Source: Spirochaetota bacterium (GTDB lineage Bacteria; Spirochaetota; UBA4802; JAFGDQ01). From it: a DNA stretch of 64,000 nt. Of the stretch, positions 10,901-18,705 are shown piece after piece; positions within the stretch are counted from its first letter, which is position 1; the number at the start of each line of letters is the position of its first letter. The position numbers and the translations under genes were made by a program. The notes beneath the pieces were generated by a model. That model had not been told where the DNA came from. It did not search any database and was given only the letters and a program-made list of their open reading frames with translations. Location of the stretch: the NCBI GenBank assembly GCA_043803405.1, contig JAZDKB010000019.1, forward strand, positions 360,218-424,217, read 5' to 3'.

Positions 10901-11663
10901 TCCAGACTTTATTTTTATCTTTTTTGTAGAATTGCGCTTCATACTTATAGGCAATGTTTTGTTTCTCCAGGATATGCTTTAGCCGTATGCGGTCTTTCGG
11001 ATTCACATACATTAACTTTTGTATATCCGTCATTGTTTCAATTAATTCTCCGGGAGAACCGTACCCGAATATTCCCGCAAGGGCAGGATTTACCATTAAA
11101 AAGCGTCCTTCGGGTGTGGACTGAAACATGCCTGTGACCGCATTTTCAAAGAGACGGTGATACTTTGCCTCCGCGGCTTTCCTGTCCGTAATATCGCGCC
11201 AAACGATGTGAATTATTAGCCTGCCTCTGAATGGAATGTTGATCAGGGAGACGTCAACTGTGATATATTTTTTTTCGAAAGTGCGGTGAGTCCATTCAAA
11301 ACGCAGGTACCCTTCTTTGTCCATCAAAGAGATTATTTTTTTATGTTTATCCCCTGATAATTCTCCGTCGGGTTGTCTTTCAGGGGATATTTCTAACGGA
11401 GTTAATCCAATCAGAAGCTCTTTTTGAGGATATTTGAGTATTTTAAGTGCTGCATCGTTGCAATCAATGAATTGATTATTGTCCAGTAGCAGCATGGGGT
11501 CTGCCGACTTGCTGAAAAGCAGGTGGAATTTCTTTTCGCTTTCTTCAAGGGCTTTTTTAATTTGAGTGATCTTTTCAGGCGGTTTTTTCTTTGTTTTTGC
11601 CTGCTTTTTTTCTTTAAAAGCCTTTTTGTGGGTGTTTTTTTTGTCGGTCTCTCGGCTTTTCAA
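7968..11663 (-). CDS. Cytoplasmic hybrid sensor kinase (multi-PAS, GAF, HisKA-HATPase, REC)
   Basis: Repeated PAS/PAC units; GGVAHDFNNIL H-box; PFFTTK and GTGLGL; C-terminal DVVMP receiver. Confidence 0.92.
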   Translation of the reverse strand: MKSRETDKKNTHKKAFKEKKQAKTKKKPPEKITQIKKALEESEKKFHLLFSKSADPMLLLDNNQFIDCNDAALKILKYPQKELLIGLTPLEISPERQPDGELSGDKHKKIISLMDKEGYLRFEWTHRTFEKKYITVDVSLINIPFRGRLIIHIVWRDITDRKAAEAKYHRLFENAVTGMFQSTPEGRFLMVNPALAGIFGYGSPGELIETMTDIQKLMYVNPKDRIRLKHILEKQNIAYKYEAQFYKKDKNKVWISMNSRAERDTDGNILYYEGTVEDITDRKRLEEECRKSETNTKMMNRIAKAFLSVSDEDMYNEVLQIVMQTTRSQFGLFGYIDEIGDFIIPSLSKTIWSECQMDGKSAHFPSSTWGESMWGRAIREKKSYLSNGPFNIPEGHVHIDNFLTVPVVFGKETIGLFAVANNPVEYIDDDANFLKDISDYVASILHARLQRDRQEKERKQAEETLRQSEAKYRTIFDNAVMGIFQTSPKGNAISANMAMARICGYNSPQEAISALTNINKQLYVNPVDREEFKRILERDGFIEGFKAQFRKKDGSTAWVSVNARVVYDSQHNIMYYEGTVDDITSRVEAEKALLDNEERYRNLFENASIGMFQSTLSGSRFLRINKAFATMLGYESPEEVIATITNTATQIHADPKNRAALLTGLEHDEWYYSEQPYIRKDKSIMTGKLAIRKVSPKYGETYLEGIVEDITEQKRTEEALRKSEEKYRTIFENSVMGIFQTTPDGRVLGANMAMAHICGYESIEEGIKAFSDIGRELYVNNEDRMRLKKLFEDQGYAERFETQFYTKDKSKIWVSINARVVKDASGKVAYYEGNLEDITERKQLESQLIQALKMEAIGTLAGGVAHDFNNILTVITGYGSLMKSKLKQDDPFMVYVDEIIASSKKAADLTKSLLTFSRKQILEPKPLNINNKIKETGNILSRLVGEDIALDIRVSGKNLMVLADATQIDQMLMNLATNARDAMPGGGSLVIETRRFDMNDEYIEVHAFGRKGSYVLITVSDTGIGMDAKTMEHIFDPFFTTKEVGKGTGLGLSTVYGIVKQHIGYINVYSEPGIGTTFNIYLPLINIKDEEVAHKEEYPAGGSETILLAEDDPHVRMLSRLTLTQAGYSVIEGIDGADALRKFIANKDNIDLIVMDVVMPEMNGKEVYDRIRFISPHVPVLFVSGYTHDIIQQKGVGDIEINFIPKPLAPVDLLRKIRKMLDKSQTPDEPL

Positions 11664-11806
11664 TTAACAAACTCCGGCGCTGTATTAAAGATAATTGTTA
11701 TAGAAACTAATTTAAAAAGTCAAATGTATTTTCCGTAGAATTTTTTTAAAACACTGATTTGGATCATATGCGTAATTTTGATCCCGGATCACCATGCGAA
11801 ATTAAA

Positions 11807-11835
11807 TTGACTTTAAAAGTTTTGGGCTTTATAAT
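11807..11835 (+). promoter_or_regulatory. Sigma70-type promoter for the 11995 kinase
   Basis: TTGACT-17 nt-TATAAT. Confidence 0.65.
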
Positions 11836-11994
11836 TATAATCGCTTTAAAATATATACCTAATTATTTGATTTATGTAAAAATATTTGTTGCTGCCCTTG
11901 AGACAAATAGCCGCGCAGGTATATCCTTTCGAACAGGCGGGAGACAAAGCGAAAGAATATCAAATATGCAGACTGATGAGGCTAGACAGGCTAT

Positions 11995-14900
11995 ATGAAT
12001 ATTTTCAGCAGTAAAAAACTTAGAACCCTTTTGCTGAAACCTCTTCTTCCGCTTATAGGTTTATTTTGTCTTTTCGTAGGCGTCCTTCCTATCCTTTTCC
12101 TGAATTATATTGACTGGAATATTAACTATACACTGATCATTGTGATTCTAATCCCCATACCTGTTCTGGTTATCGTAATACTTCACAGGGACATGGAATT
12201 GCTGGCCGAAATAGAGACACGAAAAAAGGCCGAGGAAGATTTAAAAATAAGCGAAGGAAAATATAAATCAATTTTTGAAAATGCAGTTGAAGGGATGTTT
12301 CAATTTGTTCCGGAAGGACGTTTTCTGAGCGTAAATCCGGCATTTGCACGAATGGCCGGTTACGCTTCCCGGCAGGAGATGATAGACAGTGTCAGGTCCG
12401 CAGAACAATTCTATGCTGATCCCCCGGACTCGGAAAGATTTATTAAAGAAATTAATAAGAAAGGATTTGTAACAGAGTACATAACAAGGTTAAGGTGCAA
12501 AAATAATTCTGCAGTCTGGGTATCCATTAATTCGCGTCTTATTAGGGATGAAAACGGGAATACCCTGTATTATGAAGGGACCATTGAAGACATTCATGCG
12601 CGAAAGAAAGCTGAAGATGATCTAAGAACTTCAAGAAAAATACTGAGCGAAATATTCCGTGCTGCATCGGACTTCTCAATTATTGCAACCAATATGGACG
12701 GTATCATTACCACTTTTAACCGCGGTTCCGAAATTATGCTCGGCTATTCTGAAGAGGAGCTGGCCGGCAAACAGAGCGTTCTTAGACTTCACGTTGAGTC
12801 CGAGATTGCAGTTCGCAGCAAGGAACTGACAGCCGAACTTGGTTACCCGGTAGATGGATTCCGCGTTTTTATGACCAAACCGGAACTTGACGGATCCGAG
12901 ACCCGCGAATGGACGTACGTACACAAAGACGGCTCTTTTATTCCCGTATCGCTTGTAGTAACTGCCATTCATTCCGACAGCGGCGAAATAACAGGATATC
13001 TCGGGATAGCGACCGACATCACAAGGCGCAGGCACGCGGAAGAAGCCCTTGAAAAACGCATTGAGGCTTTAACCATGCCTGCAGCCGGCGGGGCAGCCGT
13101 GCGCTTTGAGGATCTTTTTAACATCGACGAAATACAGCGGCTGCAGGATGCTTTCGCCTATGCAACAGGAGTTGCTTCTCTTATTACACAGGTTGATGGA
13201 AAGCCTATCACAAAGCCGAGCAATTTCACCAGGTTGTGCAATGACATTATACGCAAAACGGAAAAAGGACTGGCAAACTGCTACAAGTCGGACGCGACAC
13301 TGGGGCAGTTGTCTTCTGTCGGGCCTGTCATTCAGCCGTGCCTGGGCGGCGGGTTTATAGACGCAGGTACCGGAATATCCGTAGGCGGCAGGTATATAGC
13401 CAACTGGCTGATCGGGCAGATACGCTTAGACAGCCAGACCGACGGGAAAATGCGGGAATATGCAAGGGAGATAGGAGCGGACGAAGAAATATTTATTGAG
13501 GCATTCCATGAAGTGCCTTCGATGTCCCATGAGCAGTTTAAGCGGGTTGCCGAGTTGCTCTATACTTTTGCAAATCAATTGTCTGCTCTTGCGTACCAGA
13601 ATGTTCAGCAGGCGCGCTTTATTGCTGAAATTAAAATCGCTGAAGAGAGGCTGCGTCAGTCCGAAGAAAAGTTCTCAAAAATATTCATGCTGGCGCCGGA
13701 CATGATAACGATCACACGTATGTCGGACGGAATGATTATGGATGTCAACCAGGGATTTGAGGAACTTACAGGATGGAAACGCAGCGAAGTGGCAGGACAT
13801 ACCGGGCCGGATATCAGATTCTGGATTTTTCCTGAAGATCGCGATCGCATGATTACAGACTTGAAAGCAGGCAGGGAAGTGCTGCACCGTGAAGTAGAGT
13901 TCAGACGCAGAAACGGCGAAGCGCGCACCGGGAGTTATTCCGCAAAATTCATCCGGATTTCCGGTGAAGATCATCTCGTTATTGTTATGCGGGATATTAC
14001 TGAACAGAGCCTGGCTGAGGAAAAGCTGCGCCAGTCCGAAGAAAAGTTCTCGAAAGTTTTTATGCTTACGCCGGGTATGATAGGCATTACGCGAATGAAG
14101 GACGGGCTTATAATAGAAAGCAATCTTGGATTTGAAACAGGAAGCGGATGGAAACATATTGAATCAATCGGCCGCACATCGCTTGAACTTGGTTTCTGGG
14201 CGATACCGGAAGAGCGCAAGAGTATGCTGGAAGACCTGAAAGCGGAAAGGGATATAGATCACCGCGAAATTCTTTTCAGGCGTAAAGACGGATCGTTGCG
14301 CACCGGAGTTTATTCCGCCAGGACTTTGAAGCTCTCGGGTGAAAACTTTGTTATTTTTGCCATACAGGATATTACTGAGCACAAGCAGGCCGAAGATAAA
14401 CTTCATCAAAGCGAAGAACAATTCAGGACTCTGTTTATGTCGATGAGCGAAGGTTTTTATCTCTCTGAAGTAATTTATGATGATTACGGCAATCCCTGTG
14501 ATTATAGATACCTGGAAGTCAATCCAAGGTTTGAACGGATCATGGGATTGAGCCGCGATCAGATAATTGGTAAACGATATAAGGAACTGGTGCCGGTCGA
14601 TACCACTCAATGGCTGGATACCTATTTTAAAGTCGCACGTTTCGGAGAACCGCTAATTTACGAATTTTTTTCAAATGAATACAACATGTATTTCTCTACT
14701 TATGTTTATCAATCGGCTAAAAGTCGGATTAGTGTAATTGTTATTGATGTCACTGATCGCAAGCTTGCAGAAAAAAAGATTCTGGAAGCTGAGACTTTAT
14801 ACCACACTCTTGTAGATGCTCTTCCTGATGCTGTTGCAGTGCTTGATCCGGAAGGCCGCATAAAATTTGCTTCGTCAAATGCCATGAATCTTTATGGGTA

Positions 14901-16326
14901 TGATAATATTGAAGACGCAATAGGACACTCTTTCAGGGAAATCGTTTCGCCTGAAAGCTTTGAAGATGTTAATAATTTTTTTCTGCAGCTTGTTGAGAAT
15001 GGCGGAGTGCTTTTTATTAAGAACATTATAATGTTAAGAAAGGGCGTTACATGGATAGCCGAAATGCATGCTTCGGCTATAAAGGATGGTTCGGGAAATA
15101 TAAAAGAAATTATAGGAGTTACACGCGATATCACAGAACAGAAACGTATGGAAGAAGAACGGCGTAAACTTGAACAGCAGCTGTTCCAGTCACAGAAACT
15201 GGACGCGATCGGTATACTTGCCGGGGGCATAGCGCACGATTTCAATAACGTCCTGAGCGGTATTTTCGGTTTTACGGAGCTTTCCTTAAGTGCCCTGGAT
15301 GATCCGGTACGGGTAAAGGGATATCTTCAGATTGTAGTGTCCGCTGCAGAGCGGGCGCGCGAACTGGTGAGCCAGATAGTGACATTCAGCCGTCATTCAG
15401 AAACCGAACTAGGGGAGATTACTCCGAAATATATTATTAACGAAGCCCTCAAGCTGCTGCGGGCATCCATTCCGTCTACTATAGAACTTCGTTCAAATAT
15501 TAAAAGCAAGTCTGTAATACTCGGCAATCCCACACAGCTCCACCAGGTTGTAGTCAACCTGTGCTCCAATGCAGCTTACGCAATGAAGGACAATAAGGGA
15601 ACAATCGAAATCAGCCTGGACGATTATGACGTTGATGATGAGTTTATAAGGCTTCATCCCGGCTTATATCCGGGGAAGCACATATTGCTGAGAGTGTCCG
15701 ATACCGGGTGCGGCATTCAGCCGGATTTGATTAGCAGGATATTCGAACCCTTCTTTACCACCAAGCCGCAGGGCGAAGGCACGGGACTTGGCCTTTCTGT
15801 TGTGCAAAGTATCGTTAAAAATTTTAAAGGTATTATTAATGTATTCAGTGAATTGGATAAGGGTACAACCTTTAATATAATTATACCGGCAATATCAACA
15901 GAAAAAGAAGAAACCATTAAGGAAGAAACTGCGGACATGCCAGGAGGTTTTGAAAAGCTTTTGCTGCTTGATGATGAAAAGACAATCCTTAATGCTGTCA
16001 GGCTGATCCTGATAAATCTCGGTTATTCGGTATTCGCGTATAACGACAGCATTGAAGCATTAAAGGCGTTTCAGGAGAATCCCGGAGGATATGACTTAAT
16101 AATTACAGATTATACAATGCCGCATTTAACAGGTATTGATATTGCCGTTAAAATGAAGGAAATAAGGAAGGATATCCCTGTTATTCTTTGCTCGGGGGTT
16201 ATCCATAAAGAGATAGAGGAAGCGGTTCACGAAGCCGGCATCAGCGAATTGCTGAGAAAACCTCTCAGGACGGCAGAGCTTGCTCATGCCATCAGGCGCG
16301 TCCTTGACAGGAAGAGGCGGGGCTAA
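11995..16326 (+). CDS. Membrane-anchored hybrid sensor kinase (2 TM, multi-PAS, PocR, HisKA-HATPase, REC)
   Basis: Two N-terminal hydrophobic helices; PocR-like FEDLFNIDEIQRLQDAF...CNDIIR...NCYKSD...PC...IGQ; GGIAHDFNN; DYTMP receiver. Confidence 0.92.
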   Translation: MNIFSSKKLRTLLLKPLLPLIGLFCLFVGVLPILFLNYIDWNINYTLIIVILIPIPVLVIVILHRDMELLAEIETRKKAEEDLKISEGKYKSIFENAVEGMFQFVPEGRFLSVNPAFARMAGYASRQEMIDSVRSAEQFYADPPDSERFIKEINKKGFVTEYITRLRCKNNSAVWVSINSRLIRDENGNTLYYEGTIEDIHARKKAEDDLRTSRKILSEIFRAASDFSIIATNMDGIITTFNRGSEIMLGYSEEELAGKQSVLRLHVESEIAVRSKELTAELGYPVDGFRVFMTKPELDGSETREWTYVHKDGSFIPVSLVVTAIHSDSGEITGYLGIATDITRRRHAEEALEKRIEALTMPAAGGAAVRFEDLFNIDEIQRLQDAFAYATGVASLITQVDGKPITKPSNFTRLCNDIIRKTEKGLANCYKSDATLGQLSSVGPVIQPCLGGGFIDAGTGISVGGRYIANWLIGQIRLDSQTDGKMREYAREIGADEEIFIEAFHEVPSMSHEQFKRVAELLYTFANQLSALAYQNVQQARFIAEIKIAEERLRQSEEKFSKIFMLAPDMITITRMSDGMIMDVNQGFEELTGWKRSEVAGHTGPDIRFWIFPEDRDRMITDLKAGREVLHREVEFRRRNGEARTGSYSAKFIRISGEDHLVIVMRDITEQSLAEEKLRQSEEKFSKVFMLTPGMIGITRMKDGLIIESNLGFETGSGWKHIESIGRTSLELGFWAIPEERKSMLEDLKAERDIDHREILFRRKDGSLRTGVYSARTLKLSGENFVIFAIQDITEHKQAEDKLHQSEEQFRTLFMSMSEGFYLSEVIYDDYGNPCDYRYLEVNPRFERIMGLSRDQIIGKRYKELVPVDTTQWLDTYFKVARFGEPLIYEFFSNEYNMYFSTYVYQSAKSRISVIVIDVTDRKLAEKKILEAETLYHTLVDALPDAVAVLDPEGRIKFASSNAMNLYGYDNIEDAIGHSFREIVSPESFEDVNNFFLQLVENGGVLFIKNIIMLRKGVTWIAEMHASAIKDGSGNIKEIIGVTRDITEQKRMEEERRKLEQQLFQSQKLDAIGILAGGIAHDFNNVLSGIFGFTELSLSALDDPVRVKGYLQIVVSAAERARELVSQIVTFSRHSETELGEITPKYIINEALKLLRASIPSTIELRSNIKSKSVILGNPTQLHQVVVNLCSNAAYAMKDNKGTIEISLDDYDVDDEFIRLHPGLYPGKHILLRVSDTGCGIQPDLISRIFEPFFTTKPQGEGTGLGLSVVQSIVKNFKGIINVFSELDKGTTFNIIIPAISTEKEETIKEETADMPGGFEKLLLLDDEKTILNAVRLILINLGYSVFAYNDSIEALKAFQENPGGYDLIITDYTMPHLTGIDIAVKMKEIRKDIPVILCSGVIHKEIEEAVHEAGISELLRKPLRTAELAHAIRRVLDRKRRG

Positions 16327-16353
16327 ACTTAATTTTTTTTACTGTTTAATTAA

Positions 16354-16467
16354 GACAAAGGATATATTAATCAGCAATTTTAAGGCGGCAGGAAGCCGCC
16401 GCAAGCCGCTTCTTACAGGATGTAAGCATTAGCGGCAAGAAAATTGCTGATTAATATATCCTTTGTC
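16354..16467 (+). repeat. Structured palindromic element with GGA-loop hairpins, copy 1
   Basis: Perfect 28-bp inverted arms (16354-16381 / 16440-16467) enclose GGCGGC-AGGAA-GCCGCC and GCCGCT..TTACA-GGA-TGTAA..AGCGGC. Confidence 0.9.
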
Positions 16468-16499
16468 AGTAATCTGGATGAGTAGGGTTTCTTACAGAA

Positions 16500-17681
16500 C
16501 TATTTCTCTGACTTATCTTTCATTAAAGAGGAAAGGTTGCCGAACGGATTGTACGAGTCCGTTTTTTTTCCGAGGAATTCCCTGTAATTTGTTTCTTCTG
16601 CCTTAGCCTGAATGCTGGAATAAAGTTTAAGTGAAATTCTTTTTTTCTCGGCATCCGTTTTTTCTATGACGACTTCAAGCATATCCCCTTCTTTTATTAC
16701 TTCTGCCGGATGCTTTATCCTTTTCCCTCTGCCGAGTTCCGATATGTGAATAAGTCCGTCCACTCCGGGCTCAAGTGTAATGAAAGCCCCGAAATTCGTA
16801 AGCCTGGCGACTTTGCCTGTAAATCTGTCGCCTTCTTTGTATTTCCCAGGGACTTCTTCCCATGGATCGGGCAATATTGCCTTCATGCTGATTGAAATCT
16901 TGTCATTGTTCCAGTCAAGTTTAAGGATCGCTGCTTCAATTTCCTGGCCGGGTTTAAGCACGCTATTAATATCTTCAATCCTGCCCCTGCTGATTTCCGA
17001 AACAGGCAGCAGCGCCCGCACTCCGCCGATATCCACAAAAGCACCGTAGCTCTGAACGGATTTTATGGTGCCTTTTATCCTCATCCCTTCCTTAAGCGAC
17101 TCCTGGAGGGACTTTGCTGCGGCTTTGCGTCCTTCTTCGAGTATTTCTTTATTGGAAAGCACAATATTGCGGCCTTTCTCGTCAAGTTCGGTTATTCTGA
17201 ACGAAGCCTTCTGGCCGATAAACTTCTCCGGTGCCTCGCGTTCAAGACCCATCTGGGAATATGGGCAAAAAGCGCGCAGATTGCCAATCTTTACTTCGAA
17301 TCCGCCTTTGATCTCTTTTTCAACAAAGCCTTCGATGGGAATGCTGTTTTCATACGCGCTTTTAAGCATTTCCTGGCCGGCCCTGCCTCCGCTGATTTTT
17401 GTGGTAAAATGCATCTCGCCGCTTCTGGAAGATACGAAATAAGCTTTTACAACATCCCCTTCCTTAGCAGTGAGATTGCCCTGGTCGTCTTTAAGTTCGA
17501 CGATGTCAAGATACCCTTCGCTTTTCCCACCAATGTGGAGGAATATTAAATCCCCTGCTATTTTAACAACCTGCGCCTCGACTGCCTGGCCCGGTTCAAA
17601 AAAGTCATTGCCTGCAACGCTTTGATTAAGTAATTCCTCAAAATTTTCTTCTTTATCTATGTTATTTTGATCGTCTGCCAT
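16500..17681 (-). CDS. Ribosomal protein S1-like protein with four S1 domains
   Basis: Repeated S1 motifs (GKSEG, GGFEVK..AFCPYSQ, YGAFVDIGG, FGAFITLEPGVDGLIHISE). Confidence 0.88.
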   Translation of the reverse strand: MADDQNNIDKEENFEELLNQSVAGNDFFEPGQAVEAQVVKIAGDLIFLHIGGKSEGYLDIVELKDDQGNLTAKEGDVVKAYFVSSRSGEMHFTTKISGGRAGQEMLKSAYENSIPIEGFVEKEIKGGFEVKIGNLRAFCPYSQMGLEREAPEKFIGQKASFRITELDEKGRNIVLSNKEILEEGRKAAAKSLQESLKEGMRIKGTIKSVQSYGAFVDIGGVRALLPVSEISRGRIEDINSVLKPGQEIEAAILKLDWNNDKISISMKAILPDPWEEVPGKYKEGDRFTGKVARLTNFGAFITLEPGVDGLIHISELGRGKRIKHPAEVIKEGDMLEVVIEKTDAEKKRISLKLYSSIQAKAEETNYREFLGKKTDSYNPFGNLSSLMKDKSEK

Positions 17682-17908
17682 ATTGATTATTGTAATTCTC
17701 CTGTGGATTTATCCTGATATAATGTATTACTTACTGTTTTAGTAAATATGGTGAGTTCCGGAACAAGAAACAGTAACCTAGCCTGATAAAAATAAGTAAT
17801 TATTATACATGGATTATCTTTTGGATTAACTGTTTATTGTCAAGAATATTTGGGAAGCGGTAAGATTCAGCTGCGAGGCAGCAGTATAATATTACGGACA
17901 GGATTTAA

Positions 17909-18376
17909 TCACTTCTCAGTATGTTTCTTGGGATTATCCTTTGATTCAATTATTTTTTTTATATTCGTTAAATTTAAAAAGTCAGTTGGGGTTAATACGC
18001 TTATATCTGTATGTTTGTAATCCGAGACATTTCTTGACAATATTATGTTTATTCCATTGTTTATGGAAATAAAATATTGTATGCCGTCTTCAAAATCGAT
18101 TATCCCGGAGTTCAGCGACTCACCTATTTCCTTGTCTGTGAAAGGTAAAACAGTCAGGAGCGATCTTAATTTGGAAATTGTTTTTACTGCTATATTTTTA
18201 TTAATATTGGAGTTTATAATATAGAAACAATTTGCCAGTATCAATGATGATGTGAATCCGGCAAAATAATTTTTCTCAATTAATGACAGGATTTTCTGGG
18301 AGTTGTTAAAATGCGGCTCTCTTTTGAAAACAACATCCAGGATAACATCACTATCTATGAATATTTTTTTATTCAC
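17909..18376 (-). CDS. PIN-domain putative toxin
   Basis: KIFIDSDVILD...DFEDGIQY...ILSRNVSDY; overlaps the upstream small gene. Confidence 0.85.
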   Translation of the reverse strand: MNKKIFIDSDVILDVVFKREPHFNNSQKILSLIEKNYFAGFTSSLILANCFYIINSNINKNIAVKTISKLRSLLTVLPFTDKEIGESLNSGIIDFEDGIQYFISINNGINIILSRNVSDYKHTDISVLTPTDFLNLTNIKKIIESKDNPKKHTEK

Positions 18377-18621
18377 AATAGTTTCTTGTTTAAGGCTTCT
18401 TTTAATAATTGTTTGTCTGTTTTTGCAGATTTAAAAGAAGCTATTCCGGACAGCTCTCTGGTAATAGGGGGTATGTTTTCAGCCCGGCTGACTGAATCGG
18501 AATACAAATACTTAAAATACATTTCCACCAGCTTTGATAAACTGATATTATTTTTTTTGGCATAAATCTTTGCCGTTTTGATTGTTTTATTATTCAGGGT
18601 TAAAGTTAATTTTGTAGCCAT
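18373..18621 (-). CDS. Putative antitoxin (DUF6364-like, ribbon-helix-helix)
   Basis: MATKLTLTL...AKIYAKKNNISLSKLVE; 4-bp overlap with the PIN gene. Confidence 0.8.
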   Translation of the reverse strand: MATKLTLTLNNKTIKTAKIYAKKNNISLSKLVEMYFKYLYSDSVSRAENIPPITRELSGIASFKSAKTDKQLLKEALNKKLL

Positions 18622-18640
18622 AAGATAAATCCTCTTTACT

Positions 18641-18677
18641 ACGTGTAAATATAATTCAAAAGCACGTGTTTTGTCAA
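18641..18677 (-). promoter_or_regulatory. Toxin-antitoxin promoter with candidate operator repeats
   Basis: Minus-strand TTGACA-18 nt-TATATT; ACACGT occurs twice (plus-strand ACGTGT at 18641-18646 and 18664-18669). Confidence 0.55.
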
Positions 18678-18705
18678 TTATAATTACGGATTTTTAAGCG
18701 CGTTT

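Noticed and set aside
11759..11998. ORF-track 79-aa ORF upstream of the PocR kinase
   Set aside because: TTG start lies upstream of the consensus promoter; better explained as promoter plus leader
7968..16326. Internal repeats in the giant kinases as recent DNA duplications or diversity-generating targets
   Set aside because: Ordinary diverged PAS-domain repeats; no reverse transcriptase or near-identical template/variable pair seen
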